Counted from the first letter of the stretch, positions 9,182 through 19,022 are shown. The stretch: 64,000 bases of DNA from a virus (IMGVR_UViG_3300042870_001240); one strand, 5' to 3'. Notes: generated by a model not told the origin, from the sequence alone. Translations and numbers: made by a program.

Positions 9182-9452
9182 ATTTGATTATCTCATCTAT
9201 ACAATATTTTTCCACCATAACAATTTACCAATATGTCACCATAACAATGGGGAAATTATATGTAATGACGTATACCTTACTGTTGCACCCTCATATTTAA
9301 TATGTATCTACATATAATGGGGACCTGATATAAATGGGGGAATATGATTATGAAGGAATACCGTAGTGAATGAAATGAACGGGAGGGATGAGTGAGTAAT
9401 TATATTCTCTCATTTATTGTATAACTAAAATATTATTATTATCTTTGTGATT

Positions 9453-9989
9453 ATGGTTAGTGGTAGATTAAAGGATTTGATATTTAAGAAACTGTATAAA
9501 GATTTATCTCATGTAGAAATTATTGAGTATAAGGGTGAGATATGGTTTATTGATAGAAAGGAAAAGTTTTGGTATTTTATATATACTAAGTCTAATGGTC
9601 AGATGTGGTGGAGATATTCTTTCTTTACTCCTTTCTTTCTTCTTTTCTCTTTACCCTCTGATGAATTTACTCACATTCTTTCTTCTTGGGTGGAAGAGGT
9701 CTTAAATTGTAAGGTGACCACAACACTCAAGGTGGCTAATGTTAGGGAAGTTATGGTGGAAGAGGTCTTAAATTGTAAGGTGACTGAAACAGAAACCGTT
9801 ATTAATGGCTACCCCCTATCGGTGGAAGAGGTCCTAAATTGTAGGGTGACTACAACAATGGTGTCTATTGCTTCTTTACCAAAATCGGTGGAAGATGTCC
9901 TAAATTGTAGGGTGACTACAACAATGATAGACAGAGGTATTCCACGTCATGAGGTGGAAGAGGTTTTAAATAATAATATAAATAAATAA
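9453..9989 (+). CDS. Array-bearing small-protein family member (MVSGRLKD type), translated array
   Basis: TATCTTTG upstream; VEEVLNC[KR]VTTT repeats every 22 aa. Confidence 0.85.
   Translation: MVSGRLKDLIFKKLYKDLSHVEIIEYKGEIWFIDRKEKFWYFIYTKSNGQMWWRYSFFTPFFLLFSLPSDEFTHILSSWVEEVLNCKVTTTLKVANVREVMVEEVLNCKVTETETVINGYPLSVEEVLNCRVTTTMVSIASLPKSVEDVLNCRVTTTMIDRGIPRHEVEEVLNNNINK
9689..9970 (+). CRISPR. CRISPR-like array A2: four full 36-bp repeats plus one partial, four 30-bp spacers
   Basis: Repeats at 9689, 9755, 9821, 9887 and partial at 9953; consensus GGTGGAAGAGGTCCTAAATTGTAGGGTGACTACAAC. Confidence 0.75.
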
Positions 9990-9992
9990 GAT

Positions 9993-10688
9993 ATGGTTAG
10001 TGATAGATTAAAGGATTTGATATTTAAGAAACTGTATAAAGATTTATCTCGTGTAGAGATTATTCATTATAAAACTTATATATGGTTTATCGATAGAGAG
10101 GATAAGTGTTGGTATTTCAGGTATGATAAATCTGACGGCACACTCTTATGGAGATATTATTTCTTCATGGATTTTTTTACCCTCTTTACGATGAGTTCCA
10201 TCGAATTTGTTCCCATCATATCTTCTTGGGTGGAACAGGTTATAAATAATAAGGTAACTATAACTCGCAACAAGATGACTTCATTTCCAGACGATATTGA
10301 AGATGCCTTAAATTGTAAAATGGTGGAAGAGGTAATAAATCATAAGGTTTCATTCGACTTAGGATATTCCATTTCTACCCTTTGTGAGGTGGAAGATGTC
10401 CTAAATCATAAGGTAACTAAACCAGATGGTGTCATTGCACTATATAATCCGATTGAAGAGCATCATAAGGTGGGATTAACTTTAGGACCTTCCCTTCCCC
10501 AATATGAAATGGTGGATGAGGTCCTAAATCATAAGGTAACTAAAACAGATGGAGCGATTGCATGGAGCGGTCCGATAGAAGAGGCTCTAAATAATAAGGT
10601 AAATACGACCGAAGATGAAATAGATAACAACATACGTGACCACCTCCTCAACCTTCAGCTGGCTATACGCCCATCCTACGACAGGTGA
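9993..10688 (+). CDS. Array-bearing family member with a degenerate translated array
   Basis: Tandem paralog of the 9453 gene; V[ED]xVLNHKV repeats. Confidence 0.8.
   Translation: MVSDRLKDLIFKKLYKDLSRVEIIHYKTYIWFIDREDKCWYFRYDKSDGTLLWRYYFFMDFFTLFTMSSIEFVPIISSWVEQVINNKVTITRNKMTSFPDDIEDALNCKMVEEVINHKVSFDLGYSISTLCEVEDVLNHKVTKPDGVIALYNPIEEHHKVGLTLGPSLPQYEMVDEVLNHKVTKTDGAIAWSGPIEEALNNKVNTTEDEIDNNIRDHLLNLQLAIRPSYDR
10229..10609 (+). repeat. Degenerate array A3 (eroded 36-bp repeats, internal deletions and a spacer duplication)
   Basis: First repeat 10229-10264, last 10574-10609; two similar DG.IA spacers. Confidence 0.6.
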
Positions 10689-10693
10689 AGATT

Positions 10694-11437
10694 TTAAACC
10701 ATATTAACTTTATTTTGCCATAACCCAAAAAAATCAGAATTTTTTATTACAATAGACCAACGCTCTATTTCTGATTTTCGATTTGACATATCTATTTCTT
10801 TTCTTGATGATGATGGTAGTTTAATTATGGTAGATAATTCGGAACTTGATAATTTAACATTTGGTGTTAAAAATATTTGTCTCCACATATAAAGGTCACT
10901 CCAAATATTTTTTGGTGCAGGTCTCCATCCAAACTTTAATTTTCTGTATAAATCCATTGTATGGGATGCTCCTGTTAAACTAATTTCATTTTGTTTAGGT
11001 TTTAAGTGATAATCAACCCATTTTTTATCTTTTAAATTAACCCTTGAAACCGTTAAGATATTATTTGGATATACTAAAACAGGTAATGGATGTGTAAAAT
11101 CACTATCAACTAACATATCTCTCATTACCTCAACATGTTTAGATAGTAAAAGGTCATCATCCCCAAGATAAGTAACTATGTCTGATTTTGATTCTGAAAC
11201 TATTCTATGTCTTGCAACTTCATTTCGACTTATTCTTTTTGGCTCATCCTCAAATCTAACTCTATTATCAGTTTTAATTATATCACTAATAACATCTCTT
11301 GTGTCATCAGTAACACCATCACCAATGATTACAATATCCAAATTATCAACCGTTTGGTTTTGAGCACTCTCAACTGAATATTTAAGTGTTGTGGGGTGAT
11401 TATGTGTCGGTATAACCACCATTACAGAATTTGACAT
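10694..11437 (-). CDS. Glycosyltransferase family 2 (GT-A fold)
   Basis: VVIPTHN, IIGDGVTD, YLGDDD motifs. Confidence 0.85.
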   Translation of the reverse strand: MSNSVMVVIPTHNHPTTLKYSVESAQNQTVDNLDIVIIGDGVTDDTRDVISDIIKTDNRVRFEDEPKRISRNEVARHRIVSESKSDIVTYLGDDDLLLSKHVEVMRDMLVDSDFTHPLPVLVYPNNILTVSRVNLKDKKWVDYHLKPKQNEISLTGASHTMDLYRKLKFGWRPAPKNIWSDLYMWRQIFLTPNVKLSSSELSTIIKLPSSSRKEIDMSNRKSEIERWSIVIKNSDFFGLWQNKVNMV

Positions 11438-12001
11438 TTATGTAAATTGACTTGGAAATAATTTAGATAAGTCAATCGGTATTTCCGTTGTATTCCAAGG
11501 TAATAATAACTTATCAGGTGCTTTATGGTTATAAACCGTTGTCGGGTGATTTATTAAAAACGCCTCCGATTCTCCAATATTAATAATACAATGCCACACA
11601 CCTGTAGGTATTTTTAATGATTGATTGCTCTGTCCACCCAAATAAACTTTTTGAATCTTTTCAAAAGTTTTTGATTCAGGTCTAACATCATATAATACCA
11701 CCAACGCTTCACCACTAATTAAAGTATAACGGTCATCCTTATATTCGTGGAGTCCCCAACCTTTAACTTGATTCGCCCGAATACTAAACATATAACAATA
11801 TACAATTGGTTTTTCCCAAAAAATATCATGACCATTTGTTCCAGAACAAATTTCAAATAACCTACCACGATTGTCAACATGAATTGTTGGTTTTAATATT
11901 ATAACATCTTGAATATTTGAAATGATTGGTGTTGAATCATTGCTGGTCGTTTGTTCCTCTTTAATTGCCCTTTTTAAAGATGGATGTATATTGTTTTCCA
12001 T
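11438..12001 (-). CDS. rmlC: dTDP-4-dehydrorhamnose 3,5-epimerase-like cupin
   Basis: HVDNRGRLFE, VKGWGLH, DVRPESKTF, IPTGVWH motifs. Confidence 0.75.
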   Translation of the reverse strand: MENNIHPSLKRAIKEEQTTSNDSTPIISNIQDVIILKPTIHVDNRGRLFEICSGTNGHDIFWEKPIVYCYMFSIRANQVKGWGLHEYKDDRYTLISGEALVVLYDVRPESKTFEKIQKVYLGGQSNQSLKIPTGVWHCIINIGESEAFLINHPTTVYNHKAPDKLLLPWNTTEIPIDLSKLFPSQFT

Positions 12002-12005
12002 ATTT

Positions 12006-13598
12006 TTAGTTAAGATAATTTAAATCTTCATCCTCTTCTAACCCATTGTAGGCGTAAGTTTGGAAGTTAGCGTTTGTATCAACCCAAGCCATTGACCTGA
12101 ATGTAACACCATCATTAATCCTAAGTTTCTCTATCTCTAATTGTTTTAACTTATGATGTAATTCTTTTTTTATAAGTTGGATTTCTTTATCTTTGGAGTA
12201 TGCTAAATTTTCTGATTCATCGGTATCATTAATTAAATCATATAATTCATACTGAGTCTCGTAACTATTTAATGCGTCAAAATAATAAGTATACTTCCAT
12301 CCTTTAGTACGAATGGTTCTTAATCTATTACAAGTTTTAACTGATGACGATAAATTGTTTGACCCTGATTTAGTATCATCAAATGTGAATAGGATTTCAT
12401 TTTGTGCTGGTTCGTTATTCTCGATAATTGGTAGTAAGTTTACACCTCTACAATCAGATGGAACAGGAAGATTAACAAAATTAGATAACGTTGGTAATAT
12501 ATCAATTAACGTAGCAAGTTCGTGGGATGATTTATGTTTCAATGTTGTTGGAAATACAACAGGGTTTGATATGACCATTGGTATTCTAATTGCTTCCTCA
12601 TAAGCAACGAACGCTTTTTGTCTCATTCCACCATGTGACATTCCCATTTCTCCATGGTCTGCCAATCTAATAACGATGGCATCATTTGCCAAGTTAATAC
12701 CATCTTCTTTATTATATAGAACATCAATTACTTTACCTATCTCACCATCAATCTTTTTAAGTAGGAACGCATAAAAGTTTAAGTAATCTAACTTCATATC
12801 ATCATTCTTTAATACCCCTAATAGACCATCTGCGGCAATATTTGTTTGGAATTGGGCAATAGGTTTTGCGTTTTCTATTAAATTTTCATTCACAGTTGTT
12901 GGTAGATTTGGAATGTCTCTTCCTGTATAGTCAGGCTCATTATATCCATACTGTATTGAGTTTGGATATCCTAACACATCATGCGGATTAACTAAACTTA
13001 ACACTATACAATATGGTTGCATGTCACCATTTTTTCTTCTAACTTTAACTTGTTCAAGATATTCCATGGTCTGTTCGATATACATGGCATCATGATTGGC
13101 AAATCCTCCACCAAAATTTTCGGGTTTCGCGTCTTCGCCAGCGTCAGGACCAACCCATCCTTTAAATCCAAATAGTGCTATGTCTTTTGCTAATGGGTCA
13201 CCACCATCGGTGCCCTTACTAAGATGCCATTTTCCTCTGTATTGAACATCATAACCAATACCATCCAATATTCTTCCTATATTTGGTGTTTGGTTATTTA
13301 ATTGTGGTTCTACAGGTGAAAAAACACCTCCTGATGTTAATGTTTGTGTTACTTGATGTTGAGCAGGATAAGTTCCTGTGAACAATGTTGAGCGGCTAGG
13401 AGAACACATACAACTGTTACAAAAAGCTCTTTCAAAACTAAATCCATTTTCTTTTAAAAAGGTTAGTGTTGGTAGATTTTCTTTTTCCCAATTGTCAGGA
13501 AAATGTTGTGTGGCTCTTTCTTGGTCGGTGATGATAAATATAATATCTGGTTGAGTAGGTAACTCAGATAAATTTTGTTTAAAGTTATTTTGTTTCAT
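12006..13598 (-). CDS. Cys-type sulfatase (formylglycine-dependent), no signal peptide
   Basis: PDIIFIITDQ, CSPSRSTLFTG (CxPxR), GKWHL, ADHGEM motifs. Confidence 0.9.
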   Translation of the reverse strand: MKQNNFKQNLSELPTQPDIIFIITDQERATQHFPDNWEKENLPTLTFLKENGFSFERAFCNSCMCSPSRSTLFTGTYPAQHQVTQTLTSGGVFSPVEPQLNNQTPNIGRILDGIGYDVQYRGKWHLSKGTDGGDPLAKDIALFGFKGWVGPDAGEDAKPENFGGGFANHDAMYIEQTMEYLEQVKVRRKNGDMQPYCIVLSLVNPHDVLGYPNSIQYGYNEPDYTGRDIPNLPTTVNENLIENAKPIAQFQTNIAADGLLGVLKNDDMKLDYLNFYAFLLKKIDGEIGKVIDVLYNKEDGINLANDAIVIRLADHGEMGMSHGGMRQKAFVAYEEAIRIPMVISNPVVFPTTLKHKSSHELATLIDILPTLSNFVNLPVPSDCRGVNLLPIIENNEPAQNEILFTFDDTKSGSNNLSSSVKTCNRLRTIRTKGWKYTYYFDALNSYETQYELYDLINDTDESENLAYSKDKEIQLIKKELHHKLKQLEIEKLRINDGVTFRSMAWVDTNANFQTYAYNGLEEDEDLNYLN

Positions 13599-13674
13599 TT
13601 TTCTTTTTTAAAAAAAATAATCCAACATAAACTATTATAAAGTATTTAATAATTTTTATTATATATTTATTTAT

Positions 13675-13986
13675 ATGTCAAAAGAACACCAATTAGATAA
13701 TATTGAAGAACAACTTGAGAAATTTCTTAATAAGATGATTCCTATTAAATACCCTGAGGTTAATACTATTATTGTTATAGGTAAAAAGTTTTGGTCTGAC
13801 GGTAATTTTAGATATGACATTAATGTTAATCCCACCTTTGATGGTGTTAAGAAATTAAACAAGAATCCTGAGTTTGAACATGAACTATTAGAATATATCG
13901 AGAATATCTCTCAGTTCGGGACTAAAATGTTCAATACCACTAACACTAAACATTATGTCAATGATGTTAAATTGTTTTGGGATTAA
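13675..13986 (+). CDS. Hypothetical protein (103 aa)
   Basis: ORF behind TATTTAT. Confidence 0.65.
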   Translation: MSKEHQLDNIEEQLEKFLNKMIPIKYPEVNTIIVIGKKFWSDGNFRYDINVNPTFDGVKKLNKNPEFEHELLEYIENISQFGTKMFNTTNTKHYVNDVKLFWD

Positions 13987-14258
13987 TTACCCCGTGCTGA
14001 TTTAAGAATAACCTCTAACATCTGAATTTTCTCCCTGTCGGCCTTGGTCTTTTTTACCTTACCCTTAAGATAGTTAATTGCGTCCATAATCTCATCCCTC
14101 TTATTATTAACGGGTTTTGGTTTAACAATCACCTTATTCTCTTTTACCTTAACTACCTCGGTGGTTTCATTACCGAATAGGGTATCCATCGCCTTAGTGA
14201 TACGAGTTCTGTCATCCACAAATAACCATAAGAAAATATGTATAAGTAATTTATCCAT
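13983..14258 (-). CDS. Hypothetical protein (91 aa)
   Basis: ORF in a minus-strand gene run. Confidence 0.6.
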   Translation of the reverse strand: MDKLLIHIFLWLFVDDRTRITKAMDTLFGNETTEVVKVKENKVIVKPKPVNNKRDEIMDAINYLKGKVKKTKADREKIQMLEVILKSARGN

Positions 14259-14282
14259 AAAATAAAGATACGGATTTTTTCT

Positions 14283-14609
14283 TTAAATCCCCTCTCTTTC
14301 TTTATACATCTTAATAATCCTGTCTCTATAATGATTTTCCAATTCATTGTGTATTTCATCATACCAAAACTCATCTTCAGGTAATGTGCTCACAAATCTC
14401 CAGTGAAATGAATCCATCATCATGGATATTGTTGTATATGTAAGTTCTAAAAAAGTTTTTGATAGAAGTTTTCTTCTTTTTATTATATCATACGCATTAT
14501 TAAAAGATTCAATAAATTCCTTTTCTATCTCATCCGCAGGAACTCTTCTTCTTATCCTTGGAGATAATTCTTCCCTTAATATTCTTCTTATGGATTCTTT
14601 TAGGTTCAT
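14283..14609 (-). CDS. Hypothetical protein with MNLKESIRRILREEL leader
   Basis: First ~42 nt identical to those of the 14611-15180 gene. Confidence 0.75.
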   Translation of the reverse strand: MNLKESIRRILREELSPRIRRRVPADEIEKEFIESFNNAYDIIKRRKLLSKTFLELTYTTISMMMDSFHWRFVSTLPEDEFWYDEIHNELENHYRDRIIKMYKEREGI

Positions 14610-14610
14610 A

Positions 14611-15180
14611 TTATTCTTGAGTTAAATATTCGTCCATAATGTCAATAACCTCATCGGTTACATTTGGTATGTCAGATATCTCATAATCATAATTCCATAG
14701 GAAATTGTCTTCCATATCGTATATTCCATTTTCAGGTGAGTAATAAACTATGTTTAAATTAAAGTTATTAATATCATTTGATATTTCCACAAAATAATCT
14801 AATGCTTTTTCTTTACTACCATCAAAGTCATATCCTAATGTTTGTGTTACAGTACCCCAATCCCAAACACCTTCATCTAATCTTGATAAAATAAATATTT
14901 CACCTTCGGTTTCCATTCCTGTAATACCTTTCTTATTCTTCTTTGGTTTTCTTTGTATGATAACCGCGTGTTTCTTTTGATGGTAATCTTCCCATTCTCC
15001 CCTATCATCATTAATACACCACTGACATCTATGAGCATATTTTTGTAGTGCTCTGTGACTTAATGGGACGATAACAATAATGTTATTGTCTTTATATAAT
15101 TCAACTCTCTCTTCTCTTGGGACTCGAACCTCAGTTAGTTCTTCCCTTAATATTCTTCTTATGGATTCTTTTAGGTTCAT
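14611..15180 (-). CDS. Hypothetical protein with MNLKESIRRILREEL leader and PLS...KYA...QWCI motif
   Basis: Leader duplicated at DNA level. Confidence 0.75.
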   Translation of the reverse strand: MNLKESIRRILREELTEVRVPREERVELYKDNNIIVIVPLSHRALQKYAHRCQWCINDDRGEWEDYHQKKHAVIIQRKPKKNKKGITGMETEGEIFILSRLDEGVWDWGTVTQTLGYDFDGSKEKALDYFVEISNDINNFNLNIVYYSPENGIYDMEDNFLWNYDYEISDIPNVTDEVIDIMDEYLTQE

Positions 15181-16427
15181 ATCATACTTTGTTTAATCTT
15201 ATCCCCCACTTGTTGGAAGAATTCAAATAGTGACTCTTCAAGTTCATCATCAAACTCTTCATAATCATCACCGTTGTGTAAATCAAATGAATGGACGTTT
15301 AAATCTTCATCGGTATACATTGTTGCATAATATTTTTCACCGTCAATAAAGAATTCACCTGTGTGTTTAAATTCCACAGGGTCATCATCCCATTCCTCAG
15401 TTTCATCATAAATGAATTTAACATCATACCCATCAACAGTGTCATCAAATTCGTAACCTGAGTCAATACTAGCAATATCAGACACCTCGTCATCTTCAAT
15501 ATCCTGAGATTTGTTATCAAGGTATTTTCTTTCCGCACCACTTAAAGAATCAATACCATAAGTATTAATTTTATCTAAGATACGATTGGTTAATTCATCA
15601 TTCTCATTGATGATACTTATCATTGTCTTCATACCTTTTTGCGTATATCCCGCCCAATATTTTTCTGTAAGTTCACCTTCTTTTATTTCTTCTTGTTTAC
15701 CCATATGACTAAATACTTTTCTTATATCTTTGGGTAAATCGTTAATTGGTATTAGTTTTGCGTTGATTGTTTTTAATTTGTGTCTTACCGCCTTTTGTGC
15801 TCTGTGGTGTCCGTCTATAATTGATATGAATTCACCATCATTATCAACAAATATTAATATTGGGTATTGTAAGTCGGCACTATCTATTTTTATAATTTCT
15901 TCTTCATCACCATCCCAACTTAATAGGTGTGGTTTTAATTCTTCTACTGAAAATCTTTCTACAGGAATATCTTCGGTCGCGTTTAGTAAATCCATAAGGG
16001 TTACTTTGTCACCCTCATCATTTTGCCAAGATGTATCGTGTAATCCTTCTTTCATTCCTTTGGTTTTTCTTTTTGATGCTTCTTTTTTGGATTCAATATA
16101 TTCAAATGCGGTTCTTAATCTTTTCTTTACTTCAGGGTCTTTCGCTCTTTCTAACGCAACTCTTAATCTCTGATGTATAAGATTAATTATTTGTGATTGT
16201 CTAGCGTGAGACTTGGACTTAAAACTTTCTTTATTTAAAGTATCAACAATATCTTGTTTTGTTTTAAACTTTACCGACACAGTATCACTTGGATTTTCAT
16301 CTGTATATAATCTTCTATCGGAACCTTCAGGTTTTTTACCTGTCCCAACCTTTGGGTCACTTTCATTAATTACTCTTTTAACTAATGAAATAAGTTCTGA
16401 TTCTGTTAGTGTTATTATTTTTTTCAT
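15177..16427 (-). CDS. Multi-module protein containing a ParB/Srx-like domain
   Basis: LQYPILI...IIDGHHRAQKA motif; MKKIITLTESEL leader. Confidence 0.7.
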   Translation of the reverse strand: MKKIITLTESELISLVKRVINESDPKVGTGKKPEGSDRRLYTDENPSDTVSVKFKTKQDIVDTLNKESFKSKSHARQSQIINLIHQRLRVALERAKDPEVKKRLRTAFEYIESKKEASKRKTKGMKEGLHDTSWQNDEGDKVTLMDLLNATEDIPVERFSVEELKPHLLSWDGDEEEIIKIDSADLQYPILIFVDNDGEFISIIDGHHRAQKAVRHKLKTINAKLIPINDLPKDIRKVFSHMGKQEEIKEGELTEKYWAGYTQKGMKTMISIINENDELTNRILDKINTYGIDSLSGAERKYLDNKSQDIEDDEVSDIASIDSGYEFDDTVDGYDVKFIYDETEEWDDDPVEFKHTGEFFIDGEKYYATMYTDEDLNVHSFDLHNGDDYEEFDDELEESLFEFFQQVGDKIKQSMI

Positions 16428-16428
16428 A

Positions 16429-16983
16429 TTACCTAATTATGTAAGCCTTCATTTTTATTGGATTAAAGTTATTTAACTCAAATGCTGCATATGTTCTATG
16501 ATTTCCACCAACTATATCTTCAATCTTTCCTTCACTATTATATTTCAATATTATTGGCTCATTAATTCCTTTACCTAAGTTTGGCGAATTTTCCATTGTT
16601 TTCAGTAATCTTTCTCTTGAATCAGGAAAGTTTGGGTTTTCTCCTGACATTTTATTTTTTAAAAATCTTTGTAATGGTTCCACTAAATTATCCCATTTTA
16701 TTTCTATAACTCTTGGTTTATCTTTTTTTTCAAAATCACCATATCTTTCAAAAAATTTTTTACCATCTCCATTATGAAAATAATTTATTATTTCATCTTT
16801 TGACATCCCCTGAATATCTTTGTAATCTAAATCACCGGTTTCTCTAAACATATCATTAATCACATAATCAGGGAAGTTAGTAAAGACATTATTCTTTAAA
16901 AACCTTTTATAACCTTTGAATCTATCTTCATTGATTACACCCATCATTGATTGTATTCTATTTATCTGTTCTGATAGGTTCAT
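16429..16983 (-). CDS. ParB/Srx-like domain protein with MNLSE leader
   Basis: EPIIL...VGGNHRTYAA motif. Confidence 0.65.
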   Translation of the reverse strand: MNLSEQINRIQSMMGVINEDRFKGYKRFLKNNVFTNFPDYVINDMFRETGDLDYKDIQGMSKDEIINYFHNGDGKKFFERYGDFEKKDKPRVIEIKWDNLVEPLQRFLKNKMSGENPNFPDSRERLLKTMENSPNLGKGINEPIILKYNSEGKIEDIVGGNHRTYAAFELNNFNPIKMKAYIIR

Positions 16984-16985
16984 AC

Positions 16986-17390
16986 TTATCTGTTATATGG
17001 TCTAAACCTTGCTGGGTTTGCTTTTATTGCCGACTTTGGGAATCTTAATCCAACCCCCTGTTGTCTTGCGTTTTTTAATGTTCTCGCATATTCAGTTAAT
17101 TCCTCATTTCCCATATCATCAATAGCCTTTACAAATTTATGACATTTTTCAGACACACCACCCTTTTCGTGGTCGGTTATTGATATCTTTACTTTGTTGT
17201 AATTTATTTCAATATCGGGATGATGGTTTTGTTGTTCAGCAATTTTTGCAACTTTATTAACGAAGTCAATTGATTCATTAAAATCTTTAAATTTAAAAGT
17301 TCTTTCTAATTTTTGTTTTGAATCTCCCCAACCTTTGGATTCATTAACCGTTTCCCTTAATGCTTTTCTTATGTGTTCTTGTAGGTTCAT
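16986..17390 (-). CDS. phhB: Pterin-4-alpha-carbinolamine dehydratase with MNLQE leader
   Basis: LERTFKFKDF...VNKVAKIAEQQNHHPDIEINYNKV..TDH..GGVS. Confidence 0.9.
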   Translation of the reverse strand: MNLQEHIRKALRETVNESKGWGDSKQKLERTFKFKDFNESIDFVNKVAKIAEQQNHHPDIEINYNKVKISITDHEKGGVSEKCHKFVKAIDDMGNEELTEYARTLKNARQQGVGLRFPKSAIKANPARFRPYNR

Positions 17391-17392
17391 AA

Positions 17393-18166
17393 CTATTTTA
17401 TTTCAGGAAGTTTAGTGTCTTTAATAAATTTACTATGTGATGCTTTATATGATTTTTGTGTCTCATCGTTAGAATCTTTAGTATATTGCCAGTTCCAATA
17501 TAAACTATCGTTTGGTTTGAATCCGTAGAATTCGTGCACTTCTTTTTGTGTTTTAGTAACATTCTCACCATTCCAATTCTGTCCAACACAAATGAACCCT
17601 GTTTCAATATCTTTGATAATGTTAGACTCTCCTAACGTTGTGTGTCTGTTTTCCAACCAATTTAATCTTTCAATTAAATTTTGGTAATACATATTTGTCT
17701 GTCCCCATCTTATTGAACTAAAGAATATTACCGCATCAGATTCAAATAACTCTTTTGATATCTTCCATAATTCATCTGATGGTTCATTGATATTAACCCA
17801 ACATCTGTGGTTTCCTGATGGGTTCTTTTTTTTGTCTTTAAGGATTGCTTTTAATAACCCACAACTGTTCCCATCCTTTCTTGATACATTACCCTCACAA
17901 GGTAATATCTTAAGTTCTGGAACGTCAATTAAAACTGATTTATCTCCCAATTCATCATTGAGATACATGGCTATCATCTTGGACTTTGGTATGTCTATAT
18001 TGTCCTCATCAAAGTTATATCTGTTGGAACAACTTAATAGTAATACTTTCTTTTTTTTCTTAAGAATATCTAATGTTTGTTTGATTGACTTCCATGCGTC
18101 CGACTGAACCATTTCCTCGGAAATCATCATCTCTCTTATCCTTTGTATATTTTCTTGTAGGTTCAT
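17393..18166 (-). CDS. Flavodoxin-like / NADPH-dependent FMN reductase (iron-sulfur flavoprotein-like) with MNLQE leader
   Basis: LLLSCSNR, I.PCEG...CG...C, ESDAVIFFSSIRWG motifs. Confidence 0.75.
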   Translation of the reverse strand: MNLQENIQRIREMMISEEMVQSDAWKSIKQTLDILKKKKKVLLLSCSNRYNFDEDNIDIPKSKMIAMYLNDELGDKSVLIDVPELKILPCEGNVSRKDGNSCGLLKAILKDKKKNPSGNHRCWVNINEPSDELWKISKELFESDAVIFFSSIRWGQTNMYYQNLIERLNWLENRHTTLGESNIIKDIETGFICVGQNWNGENVTKTQKEVHEFYGFKPNDSLYWNWQYTKDSNDETQKSYKASHSKFIKDTKLPEIK

Positions 18167-18168
18167 AA

Positions 18169-18534
18169 TTAACTGGTTATTTGTTGTATACTTTTAGGTT
18201 TTCTACCAAATCTATATTCACAATATTCTCTCAGTAATTCAAACCAAGTTGATTGGTATTCAAATTCGTCAAAAGGTAATAATTTTTCAAGTGGTTCATA
18301 TACTAAATCAAAATCGTAGTATAATGTATCTGTTCTCCAATGATATTTAAAAATAATTTTTGCGTTTTTTTTATCAGTAAATACCAATGTGGAACCCATA
18401 TGTTCATCTACATGTTGATTAGGATATTCTTTTTCTAAAACTTTATCAATAACTTTTAATTTTCTAATATCGTCAATTTCTTCAGTTAAACCCATCATTG
18501 ATTGTATCCTTTGTATGTTTTCATTTAGATTCAT
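18169..18534 (-). CDS. Small-protein family member with MNLNE leader
   Basis: Leader and aromatic pattern shared with the MKYIITE family. Confidence 0.7.
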   Translation of the reverse strand: MNLNENIQRIQSMMGLTEEIDDIRKLKVIDKVLEKEYPNQHVDEHMGSTLVFTDKKNAKIIFKYHWRTDTLYYDFDLVYEPLEKLLPFDEFEYQSTWFELLREYCEYRFGRKPKSIQQITS

Positions 18535-18582
18535 AATAATAAATACTCCATATTTATGATTAATTCTCTATATTTATCTAAT

Positions 18583-19020
18583 ATGAAATATCTTATTACC
18601 GAAAATAAAATGAATAGTGTTATGGAAAAGTTCCTTAACGATGAGTTTGAAGGGTTCTCTGATATCCATTACACTTGGGCCAACTTTAATTGTGGTATGG
18701 GAGAATGTTGTGATATGTATGCCATTGGATTTGTTTTACCTAAAGCTAATTATGATGAATATATATTTAAACTTGTTGATAGTGAGAACTATAGACCCTT
18801 CGGTAAATATGAAGACTATCCTGATGAATTACCTGAACCTTGTTATGAACATCCCGATATTAATGACCCCAAGTTTGATACAATCCTTATCAGTGATGAA
18901 ATGTATGAAAGGATGGAAAACTACTTCAGTTTTTTTGAAGATTGGGAGAATGAACTATTACGTGTTCTGAATCATATGTTCTTTATGAATGCAAAAAGAA
19001 TTAAATTACCATATTTATAA
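18583..19020 (+). CDS. Hypothetical protein with MKYLITE leader
   Basis: ATG at 18583 behind TATTTAT. Confidence 0.75.
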   Translation: MKYLITENKMNSVMEKFLNDEFEGFSDIHYTWANFNCGMGECCDMYAIGFVLPKANYDEYIFKLVDSENYRPFGKYEDYPDELPEPCYEHPDINDPKFDTILISDEMYERMENYFSFFEDWENELLRVLNHMFFMNAKRIKLPYL

Positions 19021-19022
19021 TT

